A stretch of 64,000 nucleotides of DNA from a virus. Below the pieces are notes generated by a model that ran no database searches, was not told where the DNA came from, and saw only the letters and a list, made by a program, of their open reading frames with translations. Every line of letters begins with the position of its first letter. Within the stretch, counting starts at the first letter, position 1. A program made the position numbers and the translations under genes. This document shows positions 26,689-35,249 of the stretch, in pieces. The stretch is taken from the IMG/VR virus record IMGVR_UViG_3300023179_000093, positions 8,082 to 72,081 of that record. One strand, written 5' to 3'.

Positions 26689-27000
26689 TTAACGCTTCGA
26701 GCATTTTGAGGCCTTTTTCTCTTCCTCCATCACATCCTCAATGGCTCGGACGATGGCGTATCCAAACAGCTTGTGTTTGTCGGACTGGATAAGATCACTG
26801 CCAATCTGAGCCACCTTCGTGAAAGTTTTGTCGTCGGTCTGGAAGCTCACCTCGCACATCTCGATATCCTTCGAACCAAGATAAGTAATGACCCCAAGCT
26901 TGTTCTGATTGACCCGTTTGGCGTGTTCGACCAAAGCCTTGTCCATATCGACCTTGACGCCAACCCGCTGCTTCTTTTTGGTTTGTTTCTTAAGTCTCAT
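26689..27000 (-). CDS. Hypothetical protein
   Basis: Operon packing. Confidence 0.55.
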   Translation of the reverse strand: MRLKKQTKKKQRVGVKVDMDKALVEHAKRVNQNKLGVITYLGSKDIEMCEVSFQTDDKTFTKVAQIGSDLIQSDKHKLFGYAIVRAIEDVMEEEKKASKCSKR

Positions 27001-27377
27001 TCAACTTTACCTTTCTTGGTTTTAAAAAGTAGAAACGCCGCCCTTACAAGGGCTCGCTCCAGATGATCGACAGCATCCTCTCCATGACTGTCTTTCTGAG
27101 CTCTGTTGCCATCCAGTTGCATCATCGCCTGACACACATGCCCGACACATCGGTCGGCGTTGTATCGGCGAGAGTCCGTATGGAACCACTGCCCAAAAAC
27201 ACTTTTGTCGCTCCCTTTCGTCATAATCCGATGGATGACTTCCCAAGCCGTATCCGCCACTTCGAGGATGGATGGGACATAAAGTTCCGCGCTTGTTTCT
27301 AAAGCTGAGGAGGTGCTGTCTTGTGTTGGAGCCGTTGCAGGATCTCCCTGCACACCATGAGCGGGAACTTCAGTCAT
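26997..27377 (-). CDS. Possible dNTP diphosphohydrolase-like (DUF5664-like) protein
   Basis: 'M..G..K.....W......Y......H.......G....D..G....DHL..A..R..F L' pattern, but divergent. Confidence 0.4.
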   Translation of the reverse strand: MTEVPAHGVQGDPATAPTQDSTSSALETSAELYVPSILEVADTAWEVIHRIMTKGSDKSVFGQWFHTDSRRYNADRCVGHVCQAMMQLDGNRAQKDSHGEDAVDHLERALVRAAFLLFKTKKGKVE

Positions 27378-27378
27378 T

Positions 27379-28152
27379 TTAGCTGTTGAGGCTTCGCACG
27401 AATTCGACGAACTCGGGCGTGTGCTTCGTTGCCAGCTTGACCGTCGGCACATACCAACTGGCCACGCTGCTTGTCCGCAGGCTTGAGGTCAGTTCGTAGG
27501 CAGCCGTATCGATCCCTTCACGGAGCGGTCCCTGGGAGTCCGTAAAGATCTTCCGTCCAGTTGCCCGATAGGCACTCTTGGTGAGGAGCCACTGGGCGCG
27601 AGCGTAGTAGTCCCCATTAAAATCGTAGGGGAACAACGGATGCTCTTTGGCTGGAGACTTCACAAGAACGATGCAGGTCATCGCCTCGGAATAGGTGTCG
27701 GTTCCTTCTTCCACATCGGCGTCACCCGCCAAAGCTCCACCCGCTTCACGCACATCACGGATCGAGGCGAAGTTCTTCGGCATTTCGCCAGAGCCGTAGG
27801 GGACATCCTGAATGTAGAATTTGACCAGACGAAGAATCGTGATTGGAGTCGGCTTCTTGCCATCCCCAAGGACGATTTCCTTGTTGTAGACAAACGAGCC
27901 AGGAGCGAACTGGTTGGACAGGTCGCCGGTCTTGTTGACGAGGTTGAGCCGAGGGATGATTAAATCCCGATGGCTGAACTCACCCTGAATCTGGCCATCA
28001 ACCGAAGCTCTTACCGTAAGGCTGGTCGATGCGGTTTCGGTGACTGCCAGTTCTGTCGAGGTCTCTTCAACGACCTCCTCGACTGGCTCCACTCGTCTGG
28101 GTTGCGGTTTCTGGATTGGTTTAGTCGCAGGTTTTGCGAATGATGTTTTCAT
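27379..28152 (-). CDS. Putative ssDNA-binding/annealing protein
   Basis: Position between the Cas4-like nuclease and PolA; 'D..IPRL.L....', 'PG.F', 'W.VP' motifs. Confidence 0.55.
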   Translation of the reverse strand: MKTSFAKPATKPIQKPQPRRVEPVEEVVEETSTELAVTETASTSLTVRASVDGQIQGEFSHRDLIIPRLNLVNKTGDLSNQFAPGSFVYNKEIVLGDGKKPTPITILRLVKFYIQDVPYGSGEMPKNFASIRDVREAGGALAGDADVEEGTDTYSEAMTCIVLVKSPAKEHPLFPYDFNGDYYARAQWLLTKSAYRATGRKIFTDSQGPLREGIDTAAYELTSSLRTSSVASWYVPTVKLATKHTPEFVEFVRSLNS

Positions 28153-28154
28153 AT

Positions 28155-29252
28155 TTATTTTTCCTTTGTTCTTTGTAGGTATCGAATGTCTTCCCCACCT
28201 TGCAGGACTCCCGCATCAGTGAGTCGGTCTTCGATCTCCTGTTTAAACTTCTCCTTGGAGCCTCGCGGCGCCTTATCGGAGTAAGCTTTCAGAAGTTGGG
28301 CAACGGACACTTCTGTCACGGCGGCAAATTCTTCTGGGCTAAGCCGATCCTTCACGAGCTCCCAAGTGACCTGGGGATCGGTTACCGACCTGCGGCCAGC
28401 CCTAGATTTAAGTTCAAATCCGGGTATCTCTTCTCCCGTTTCCAGTGCGTGTCTTAAATTGTCTCGACGAACCTTCTCGCACCACGGCTCTAGAATTCTC
28501 CTAAGAACCTCTGCCTTGCTCCGCAGCTGTGGAGTCGCCAGCTGCTCCGGGTTGTAGAGGTCGAGCAATTCCTTGTCTGGCGCAAGCTCCACAAACTTGC
28601 TGGAGATAATCAGAGCCTTTTTGTGAAGAGCCGTGCATGTCGCCTTGGCTCCACAATACAAACAAGAAAACTCGCTTGGCCTTAAATCCTCTGGCTTGTG
28701 ATCCTTGGCTCGTGCGATGACCGCCATCACACGAAGCTTCATCCGCTCTAGGTCAGCCTTACGGTAGAAATTTGCACGGCTAACCATATCCAGCCTAGGT
28801 TGAGCAAAGACCACTTCGACATAGTCAACGGAAGGCCATTTCTCAAATACGCCAATGGCATAAGCCCATCCCTGGAGATTGGTTTCAGCGTCCTCCACCG
28901 CACTCCACCCAAACTTGGCGTCACCAATCTTTGCGTAAGCTCCATTGACGAGCACTAGATCCGCCGTCCCAAATGTCAGATCCATAATCCCAAGGCGAAG
29001 CTCTTGGTGGGTTTCAACTTTTGAGTCGCCCTTTTCAAGCTCTTCCCGCATTGCGGCAAACAAGTCGCTTACAAGCGTTACGCATCTTGTCTGCTCTTCA
29101 TTAAGTCCCTTTAAGTCGCCTGTCTCCAAGGCCTTGTGCATCATCGTTCCCTCGGCAGCCTGGACAGATTGCGATCCCTCGTCGGGCTTCCAGCCTGGGC
29201 AGGCTTCCCGATACATCAGCTGAGAAGGGGAGAACTCGTGGTGTCCGCTCAT
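28155..29252 (-). CDS. Cas4-like PD-(D/E)xK exonuclease (DUF2800-like)
   Basis: 'H..FSPS......CPG', 'EGT..H', 'FGTAD', 'D.KFG', 'N.Q...YA.G', 'C.YC.....C'. Confidence 0.85.
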   Translation of the reverse strand: MSGHHEFSPSQLMYREACPGWKPDEGSQSVQAAEGTMMHKALETGDLKGLNEEQTRCVTLVSDLFAAMREELEKGDSKVETHQELRLGIMDLTFGTADLVLVNGAYAKIGDAKFGWSAVEDAETNLQGWAYAIGVFEKWPSVDYVEVVFAQPRLDMVSRANFYRKADLERMKLRVMAVIARAKDHKPEDLRPSEFSCLYCGAKATCTALHKKALIISSKFVELAPDKELLDLYNPEQLATPQLRSKAEVLRRILEPWCEKVRRDNLRHALETGEEIPGFELKSRAGRRSVTDPQVTWELVKDRLSPEEFAAVTEVSVAQLLKAYSDKAPRGSKEKFKQEIEDRLTDAGVLQGGEDIRYLQRTKEK

Positions 29253-29428
29253 TAGCTTACCCACTCGTCTCGAATTGCTTCGTATTCCTCCATCGCACCT
29301 TGGAAATCTTCTTCCCACTTGGGGATGTCACGCCCCTTGATGCCTTCGAAATATTGGACTCCGAGGACATAGAACTGCCCGGACACCCGTTGAATTCGAT
29401 CCTGCAATGCTTCTGTTTTTGTTTTCAT
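29252..29428 (-). CDS. 58-aa protein not in the ORF track (MKTKTEALQDR...)
   Basis: Translated by hand; stop/start overlaps at both ends. Confidence 0.55.
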   Translation of the reverse strand: MKTKTEALQDRIQRVSGQFYVLGVQYFEGIKGRDIPKWEEDFQGAMEEYEAIRDEWVS

Positions 29429-30693
29429 ATCGTTGCAATGTCTCCGTCGTTAAGTGTTCCAATGTTTTTTAATTTTGCCTTAACCCGACTCATCACTTGT
29501 TCCTCAATGGAATCGGCGGCAAAAATTATTCTTTGAATGGCCTTGGACTTGGCACCGGCACGATGGATGCGCCCCAAAGCCTGTTTAAGATCAATGGCCG
29601 AGTAGGTCGGACAAATAAGGGAACTACGAGGGCGTAGCCCATTCTCGTCGTGAAGCGAAACACCAACTCCACCGCTCTGAATTTGGCAGAGCATCACATG
29701 AGTTTCTTCCCTCTGAAAATCGGAGATCATCCTTTCTCTCTCATCTACCGATTGATCTCCCCATATCATCGAACAGTCCTGAATGTTATACAATAATTCG
29801 TCAAGAGAATTCCGAAAATTGCAGAAAATAACTACCGAGCGGCCTTCGTCCAGAAGAGCCTTGGTCAACTCGACAAGCACGGGAACACGAAGTAACTCCG
29901 ATTCCTGCCTAGCCCTTAGGATCTCGGTCATAGGGTGTGGCTTGTCGGCAGCCTTGCTTGCTTCAAGCTCTGCCAGTCTTTGCTGTAGAGCGTCGTACAA
30001 GCCCTGGACATCGCCACAATCGTAAGCTTCGGCAAAAACCTCGTTGTCTGGAAACTTGTCCCCAAGCTCGTTGACCCTAATCCTGCTGGCTTTTGAGGCC
30101 ATTGCTTGATGGATTAAATCTAATTTTTTCTTCCCTCCAAAGTATGACATGGCTCCCCAAGGAGCTTTTTTAACCCCATGCTTGATGCACCAAGGCCAAA
30201 AATTCTTGTAATCGTGGAGACCAAGCACATAGCCAGAGTGCTTCATATCCAATGGGTTAGAGGCAAAAGTGGCTGAAAGCATAAGAGTGTAGTAAGGGCG
30301 GGAAGCAATCAGCATTTTCCCATTAAGGGAGTTTTGGCCTTTGCATTTGTGAACCTCGTCCCAAATAAACAATTGATCGTAGACGATCGCTTTTGACCAC
30401 ACCCAGGCTCCCCCAACGAAATCTCCATAAGGAGTGGAGCCAGCCCTAAGTTTCTCGTAATTGATGATGAAAGTTGGTTCGATTCCAGCCGCTTCGCACC
30501 ATTTTTTCCAAGCCGGAATAACAGCCTTTGGGCAAATGACCGCCACTGATTTTCCAAGCTGACGGGCAATCCAAACAGCCTTGGCCGTCTTACCAGTTCC
30601 GGTATCACTCCAATCCGCCGCCACATGGTTCTCCCGCAGACTGGAGAGCAAGGCCTCCGCCGAATCCTTTTGCCAATCGTAAAGTTCCATCAC
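29425..30693 (-). CDS. SF2 (SNF2-like) helicase
   Basis: TGTGKT, DEVH, SAT, 'QALGRIHR' motifs. Confidence 0.92.
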   Translation of the reverse strand: MMELYDWQKDSAEALLSSLRENHVAADWSDTGTGKTAKAVWIARQLGKSVAVICPKAVIPAWKKWCEAAGIEPTFIINYEKLRAGSTPYGDFVGGAWVWSKAIVYDQLFIWDEVHKCKGQNSLNGKMLIASRPYYTLMLSATFASNPLDMKHSGYVLGLHDYKNFWPWCIKHGVKKAPWGAMSYFGGKKKLDLIHQAMASKASRIRVNELGDKFPDNEVFAEAYDCGDVQGLYDALQQRLAELEASKAADKPHPMTEILRARQESELLRVPVLVELTKALLDEGRSVVIFCNFRNSLDELLYNIQDCSMIWGDQSVDERERMISDFQREETHVMLCQIQSGGVGVSLHDENGLRPRSSLICPTYSAIDLKQALGRIHRAGAKSKAIQRIIFAADSIEEQVMSRVKAKLKNIGTLNDGDIATI

Positions 30694-31148
30694 TCCGTCT
30701 TTGCTCCGTATTCCAAAATCAAAAGGGCATCACTTGTCGCCAGAGTAATATCAAGGCCTGGATACAAATTCTGCGCTTTTTGTTTGAGTTTGTTTTTCCA
30801 CTTGGTGCGATTCCCTTCGCTTTTCCCAAGCCCTAAGTAGCCTTGCCATTTTTGTGGTCGGACTAGAACGATCCTTGCCGAAAGGCAGGTCAGAACGCCT
30901 AACAAGAACCCGAAATTGCGACCAAAAGTAAACATGGCTGAACCCGGCTGTGGCCTCCCGATATAACCTCCCACTTCCTCGATGAGGACTGTAGGTTTGT
31001 CCAGATGGTAATAAATCTCCTTTAGCTTTAGGGCAATATCTGGTTCCGTCGGTGGCATGGCTATGGCTCTGGCTCCGTAAGCCATTTTCCAAGCAATTCC
31101 CCCGGACTTGCCTGGATCGATGGCAATCAATTCTTTTGTGGGTGTCAT
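30690..31148 (-). CDS. RuvC-like Holliday junction resolvase
   Basis: 'IDPG.SGG', 'IE.V', 'F.FG...G', 'V.PQ.W', 'DALLI'. Confidence 0.85.
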   Translation of the reverse strand: MTPTKELIAIDPGKSGGIAWKMAYGARAIAMPPTEPDIALKLKEIYYHLDKPTVLIEEVGGYIGRPQPGSAMFTFGRNFGFLLGVLTCLSARIVLVRPQKWQGYLGLGKSEGNRTKWKNKLKQKAQNLYPGLDITLATSDALLILEYGAKTE

Positions 31149-31190
31149 TCTTTCCTTTCTTTGTGACAGCCCTCGTTTTTAAAAACCTAA

Positions 31191-31499
31191 TCATAGGATG
31201 CTGATTCTTTCCGTTCTCGTTTTTTCACGAGCAAGCCAAGACAAAAGATCCGACTCCATAACTCTTGGCCGACCACCCGCCTTGGAATAGGGGAGTGGGT
31301 TATGTCGTCTGCGGAAATAGCTGTAGATTGTACGCCTAGAAACCCCGAGGCGTTTCGTTAAATTTGTGATCGTGTAAATCGTGTCACTGGGAAGTTCTTT
31401 CGGCCATCCGTGTTCGTCGAGTGGCTCAAGCTCCACCGCCAATTGTCCGCTGGGTTGTGAAAAGATTCTAACTGACTTGGTTTCTAGAATCATTTTCAT
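31191..31499 (-). CDS. xis: Excisionase-like HTH protein
   Basis: 'YT...L..RLGVSRRTIY.......LP..K.GG..R....DL..WL'. Confidence 0.7.
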   Translation of the reverse strand: MKMILETKSVRIFSQPSGQLAVELEPLDEHGWPKELPSDTIYTITNLTKRLGVSRRTIYSYFRRRHNPLPYSKAGGRPRVMESDLLSWLAREKTRTERISIL

Positions 31500-31565
31500 G
31501 CGAGTTTCTAGGTTGTGTATACCCCGGATGTACCCATGCAAGAAAAATCTTAAAAAAAAATAAAA

Positions 31566-31733
31566 TTAATTTTTGTTTTGTTTTACAAATTGGCAAACGG
31601 CTTGGACTACGAATTGCGAAAGTGAAAGCCGCAGTTTTTTTGCGGTTTCGATGGCGTCTTTTTTGACAGATGACGGAAGGACTAAATTAGTCTTTTCCGT
31701 GCTTTCCGAATGAAACTTACGCCTACCCTTCAT
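31566..31733 (-). CDS. 55-aa ribbon-helix-helix protein not in the ORF track
   Basis: Translated by hand: MKGRRKFHSESTEKTNLVLPSSVKKDAIETAKKLRLSLSQFVVQAVCQFVKQNKN. Confidence 0.65.
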   Translation of the reverse strand: MKGRRKFHSESTEKTNLVLPSSVKKDAIETAKKLRLSLSQFVVQAVCQFVKQNKN

Positions 31734-31796
31734 CCACGCAGGGTATGCGTAGCTTTATTAAAGGCAATATCGTAAATATCTAATAATTAGTAAATT

Positions 31797-31823
31797 GCGT
31801 AATTATTACGCCATAATGGCGTA
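31797..31823. promoter_or_regulatory. Two overlapping palindromes (putative operators)
   Basis: GCGTAAT-T-ATTACGC (31797-31811) and TACGCCAT-A-ATGGCGTA (31807-31823). Confidence 0.55.
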
Positions 31824-31831
31824 CTAATTAA

Positions 31832-32008
31832 TTATTTTTTTGTCCCTTTTGGGATATTATGTTCGTCCCAATTCTTTAAAAGCAAGTGACGGATATATTC
31901 TGATGTTTTCAAACCACGTTTATCGGCCTGTTCCTGCACCCATTTTAAAAGGTGTTTTGGCAAGGTAAACGAAGTCTGAGTGGTGTTAGACCCTCTTTGA
32001 TTTGGCAT
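31832..32008 (-). CDS. 58-aa ribbon-helix-helix (Arc/CopG-like) protein
   Basis: 'TSFTLP..L...V...A..RG...SEYIR.LL'. Confidence 0.75.
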   Translation of the reverse strand: MPNQRGSNTTQTSFTLPKHLLKWVQEQADKRGLKTSEYIRHLLLKNWDEHNIPKGTKK

Positions 32009-33211
32009 GTTTGATTGGAACGATATTTTCCGCCACCACTGGTCGGATTTCAAAATATCGTTTGGCCACCTCCTGAGTTATCGATTCGCCGTGAAGGGCA
32101 ACCGTTTTGTAGGTCCCCAGCAGCATGCTGACCGAGTGTCCGCAAGCCAAGGCTGTTCTGGCTGCGTCTTGCTGTAAGCAAGGTAATAAGAGGCAAAGCT
32201 GTGCCGCATCCCATTATCGATCCACTTTGATGGTAATTTAGGGTTTTCCGACTTAATCAACCAGGGGCTGACAAAACGTGTCGGCTCCCTGGTCCCCATC
32301 GAGTTCATAATGTTCCCCTTCTTACCCTTGTAGGGAGCCAGCCATTCGGCGAGGTTTGGGAGAAGTGGGACAAGGCGGGATTGATTCGTCTTGGTGATGT
32401 TGCGATCCAATCGAATATTCCCACCAACCCAATCAATATCCTCCCAGTTAAGTCGGCAAAGCTCGGCAGTGCGAACTCCTGAAAAAAGACCAATCGCCAA
32501 GAAAGGGATTAACTTGGGCTCGGCCAACTGAAGCATGGCTTCAGCCTGTTCGGGGGAATAGATCTCCACATCCGGGCGTTTAAAGCGGATCTCTTCAGAC
32601 TTTTCGGCCGCATGACGCTTGTCCTCGAGGAGATAGCCTTTCCGTCTGGCGTAGTTGAAAAGGACAATAATAGATGCCCGATGATTGTGGCGTGTGCGTG
32701 GGGCATAGGTGGGGTCATCTAGGTATTCGTCAATATCCCTTGGGGTGATGACTGGGATCGGGCGGTTCATCCTTTCGGAAAAACGGGTGAGGTGATGGCG
32801 GATAGTCCGTTTCTGCTCCTTGGACAGGTTGGGGTCAGCGTCGTTGCGCTTAAGGAACTCTTCCACAAGCTCCTTAATTTTGATTTGTTTAACCTCTTTG
32901 GGATTGGATTCGATGTAAGCCTTAATGGCTCGGTCTAGGGGAACCCCATTCAAGAGGGACTCGCACTGCCGATAATACTGAAGTTCCTTTTGCGTGATCT
33001 GCGTCGTTGTGGCCGAGCCGTCGGCCAGTTGTTCCGCAATCGCCTTTGCCTCCCGTTTGGCTAGCTCAAGCGAGGCCATGCCTCGGCGCATCCGTTTTTT
33101 GCCGACATACCAAACGATGATGTAGGTCATGTACTCGTCTCCCCCGCGGCGCAGAGGACACTCGTAAATCCGAACTTTTGCCCAGCCTTTTTGAATAACG
33201 ATTGGTTTCAT
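31986..33211 (-). pseudogene. int: Tyrosine integrase with a 1-nt frameshift near 32170 (real or sequencing error)
   Basis: 'G.R..EL', 'K', 'RHSFASY' in the main frame; 'AL.CGHS..M...TY' continues in the -1 frame to a stop at 31986. Confidence 0.85.
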
Positions 33212-33232
33212 AAAAACTTTATGGAATTAGAA

Positions 33233-33470
33233 TCTTGACAGACTATCTTGACATTCTTGACATGAGTCAAGCGAAATTATTGCTCAACCTTGCACATTGC
33301 ATTTCCCAACTTGCACAGGTATTATCCTCTATCTGAAGCACTTAATGGAAAATGTTGGCAGAAAGTGACTTACAGAGACGGGTCGTTAGCCCAATGTGCA
33401 ACTTTGGGAAATGCCTAAAAATCAACAAATTGTGAAAACAGGCTAAAAAATCTTGACTGATTCTTGACGA
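33233..33470. other. Putative attP
   Basis: Non-coding gap beside int; inverted repeat 33299-33317/33395-33414; tRNA-5'-like GGGTCGTTAGCCCAAT 33380-33395; IHF consensus AATCAACAAATTG 33420-33432; TCTTGAC repeats on both flanks. Confidence 0.65.
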
Positions 33471-33494
33471 ATCTTAGTGTCTTCCCATTGGGTT

Positions 33495-35216
33495 ATGGGA
33501 GAGAGCTTTGAAAAATATGGTAGAATTTGGCCAATTGAGGCAACTGACGCCACAATCGAACTTATAGGCTTTAGGGAAAATTTTAGCCCAGAGTCTGGTG
33601 GCTTAGGCAAGTATGGGCATTTCAAAAAAGTAGTAGATTTGCTGTGGCCATATGACCCCAAGAAGAACAAATCGGGATTTCATTGGAACCCTTGGGCCGA
33701 GCGAATCTTTGAGGAAGCCTGCAAGTGGAACTACCTAGGCATCTCTGGCCCTAAATCGTCCAGCAAAACTCACTGCATCGGTATTTGGGGGCTAGTTAAT
33801 TGGCTTTGCGACCCATTCAATACTCTTGTCCTTGTCACCACCACCTCCGTTCGAGAGGCCAGAAAGCGAATGTGGGGGGTAATTCGGGAGCGTCATCTTC
33901 AAATTCCAGGTCTTCCTGGTCGAATTGTGGACTCGATGGGAAAGTTAATTTTAGATGAAGCTGGGAGTGACCGCTCCTCAATAACCCTTATCCCTTCCGC
34001 AAAGGACAAGGAAAAGGAAGCCACCGAAAAGCTTATTGGACTAAAGAACAAAAGGGTATTTCTGCTGGTCGACGAGGCCACGGACGTTTCGCCAGCGATC
34101 TTTGAGGCTATTCATAACCTAGATTCCAACCCCTATTTCCAATGTATCGCCTTGGGTAACTTCGCTTCGGCCTACGACCCCTTTGGCCAGTTCATCACTC
34201 CAAAAGTAACCTGGAACAACGTAAACGCTGAAATGGACGGCTGGGAGACTTCAAGAGGCTATTGCATTCATCTTGATGGCGAGAGGACACCCAACATTGA
34301 CGCAGAGGATCAATGGCCATTTTTACTTACCTCAAAGCAACTTCGAGAGGCTCGTGAGTTTCAAGGGGAGAACAGCCTTTCTTACTGGCGGTTTATTCGA
34401 TCCTTCCCATCGCCTATTGGAGCCGAGCAGAACATTTACTCCGAGGCGGACTTGAGGAGATATGAGGGAGAAGTTCAGCCAAAATGGGACGGAGCTCCGA
34501 TCAAGGTTGCCGGGTTTGACCCAGCCTTTACCAATGGTGGAGATCGTTCGGTTTTGTATATCGGCTCATTTGGCAAGCTGGATACAGGAGTTTATGGGTT
34601 GGCCTTTGAGAAACCGCATATCCTTCGGGAAGACTCAACTAAAGCCAACGAACCACGAAACTTTCAAATCGCCAGATTGGTAAAGGAGACATGCCAAGCC
34701 CAGGGTGTGCTCCCGGAGCACCTTGCAATTGACGCCACTGGCGCAGGGGATCCTTTTTGCGACATCCTAAGTGAGCTTTGGTCAAATCGTATCTATCGGG
34801 TCAAGTTTGGGGAAAAGCCCTCCAACCTTCCAGTCAGCGGCGTGTCTCCAATCAAGTCGAACGAGAAGTTCAACAATCGGGTTACTGAATTGTGGTATGT
34901 CGGCGTTGAGTTTTTGCGTTCTGGTCAATTGCGGGGTATTTCCCCCGACTTGGCTAGGGAGTTAACCTCGAGAAAATACAGCACCCTTGCCGGTGGAAAA
35001 CTGATTGTAGAGCCTAAAAAGGATATGAAAGCCAGAATGGGGAAATCCCCAGACTTGGCCGACGCCGCCTTGATTATGCTGGATTTGTGTCGAAATCGTC
35101 TTGGAGCCTACGCTGGAGCAAAACTGACAAAACTTCGTGGTGACTCGTGGCTTGAAAAATTGAAGAAACACGATGTTTGCTCCCATATGGATCGCCAAGT
35201 ATTGGGCGTCTCTTGA
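33495..35216 (+). CDS. terL: Terminase large subunit
   Basis: Variant Walker A 'GPKSSSKT', Walker B 'LLVDEA', 'GN', nuclease 'GFDPA..GGD', 'IDATG.G', 'SPD.ADA'. Confidence 0.92.
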   Translation: MGESFEKYGRIWPIEATDATIELIGFRENFSPESGGLGKYGHFKKVVDLLWPYDPKKNKSGFHWNPWAERIFEEACKWNYLGISGPKSSSKTHCIGIWGLVNWLCDPFNTLVLVTTTSVREARKRMWGVIRERHLQIPGLPGRIVDSMGKLILDEAGSDRSSITLIPSAKDKEKEATEKLIGLKNKRVFLLVDEATDVSPAIFEAIHNLDSNPYFQCIALGNFASAYDPFGQFITPKVTWNNVNAEMDGWETSRGYCIHLDGERTPNIDAEDQWPFLLTSKQLREAREFQGENSLSYWRFIRSFPSPIGAEQNIYSEADLRRYEGEVQPKWDGAPIKVAGFDPAFTNGGDRSVLYIGSFGKLDTGVYGLAFEKPHILREDSTKANEPRNFQIARLVKETCQAQGVLPEHLAIDATGAGDPFCDILSELWSNRIYRVKFGEKPSNLPVSGVSPIKSNEKFNNRVTELWYVGVEFLRSGQLRGISPDLARELTSRKYSTLAGGKLIVEPKKDMKARMGKSPDLADAALIMLDLCRNRLGAYAGAKLTKLRGDSWLEKLKKHDVCSHMDRQVLGVS

Positions 35217-35239
35217 CGAAATTAACTCGGTGTTAATCT
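35213..35239 (+). promoter_or_regulatory. Promoter TTGACG-N15-TAATCT
   Basis: Immediately upstream of the portal GTG. Confidence 0.5.
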
Positions 35240-35249
35240 AAAAATACCC

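Noticed and set aside
26997-27377. Modified-base (dZ) pathway suggested by the DUF5664-like gene
   Set aside because: Similarity is weak and no PurZ or other base-modification enzymes are visible in the window.
32166-32178. Similarity of the integrase frameshift site (CTTACAGCAA-GAC) to the 20-bp repeat (CTTACAGCAAAGAC)
   Set aside because: Short match explained by both encoding Y-S-K-D; no mechanism evident.
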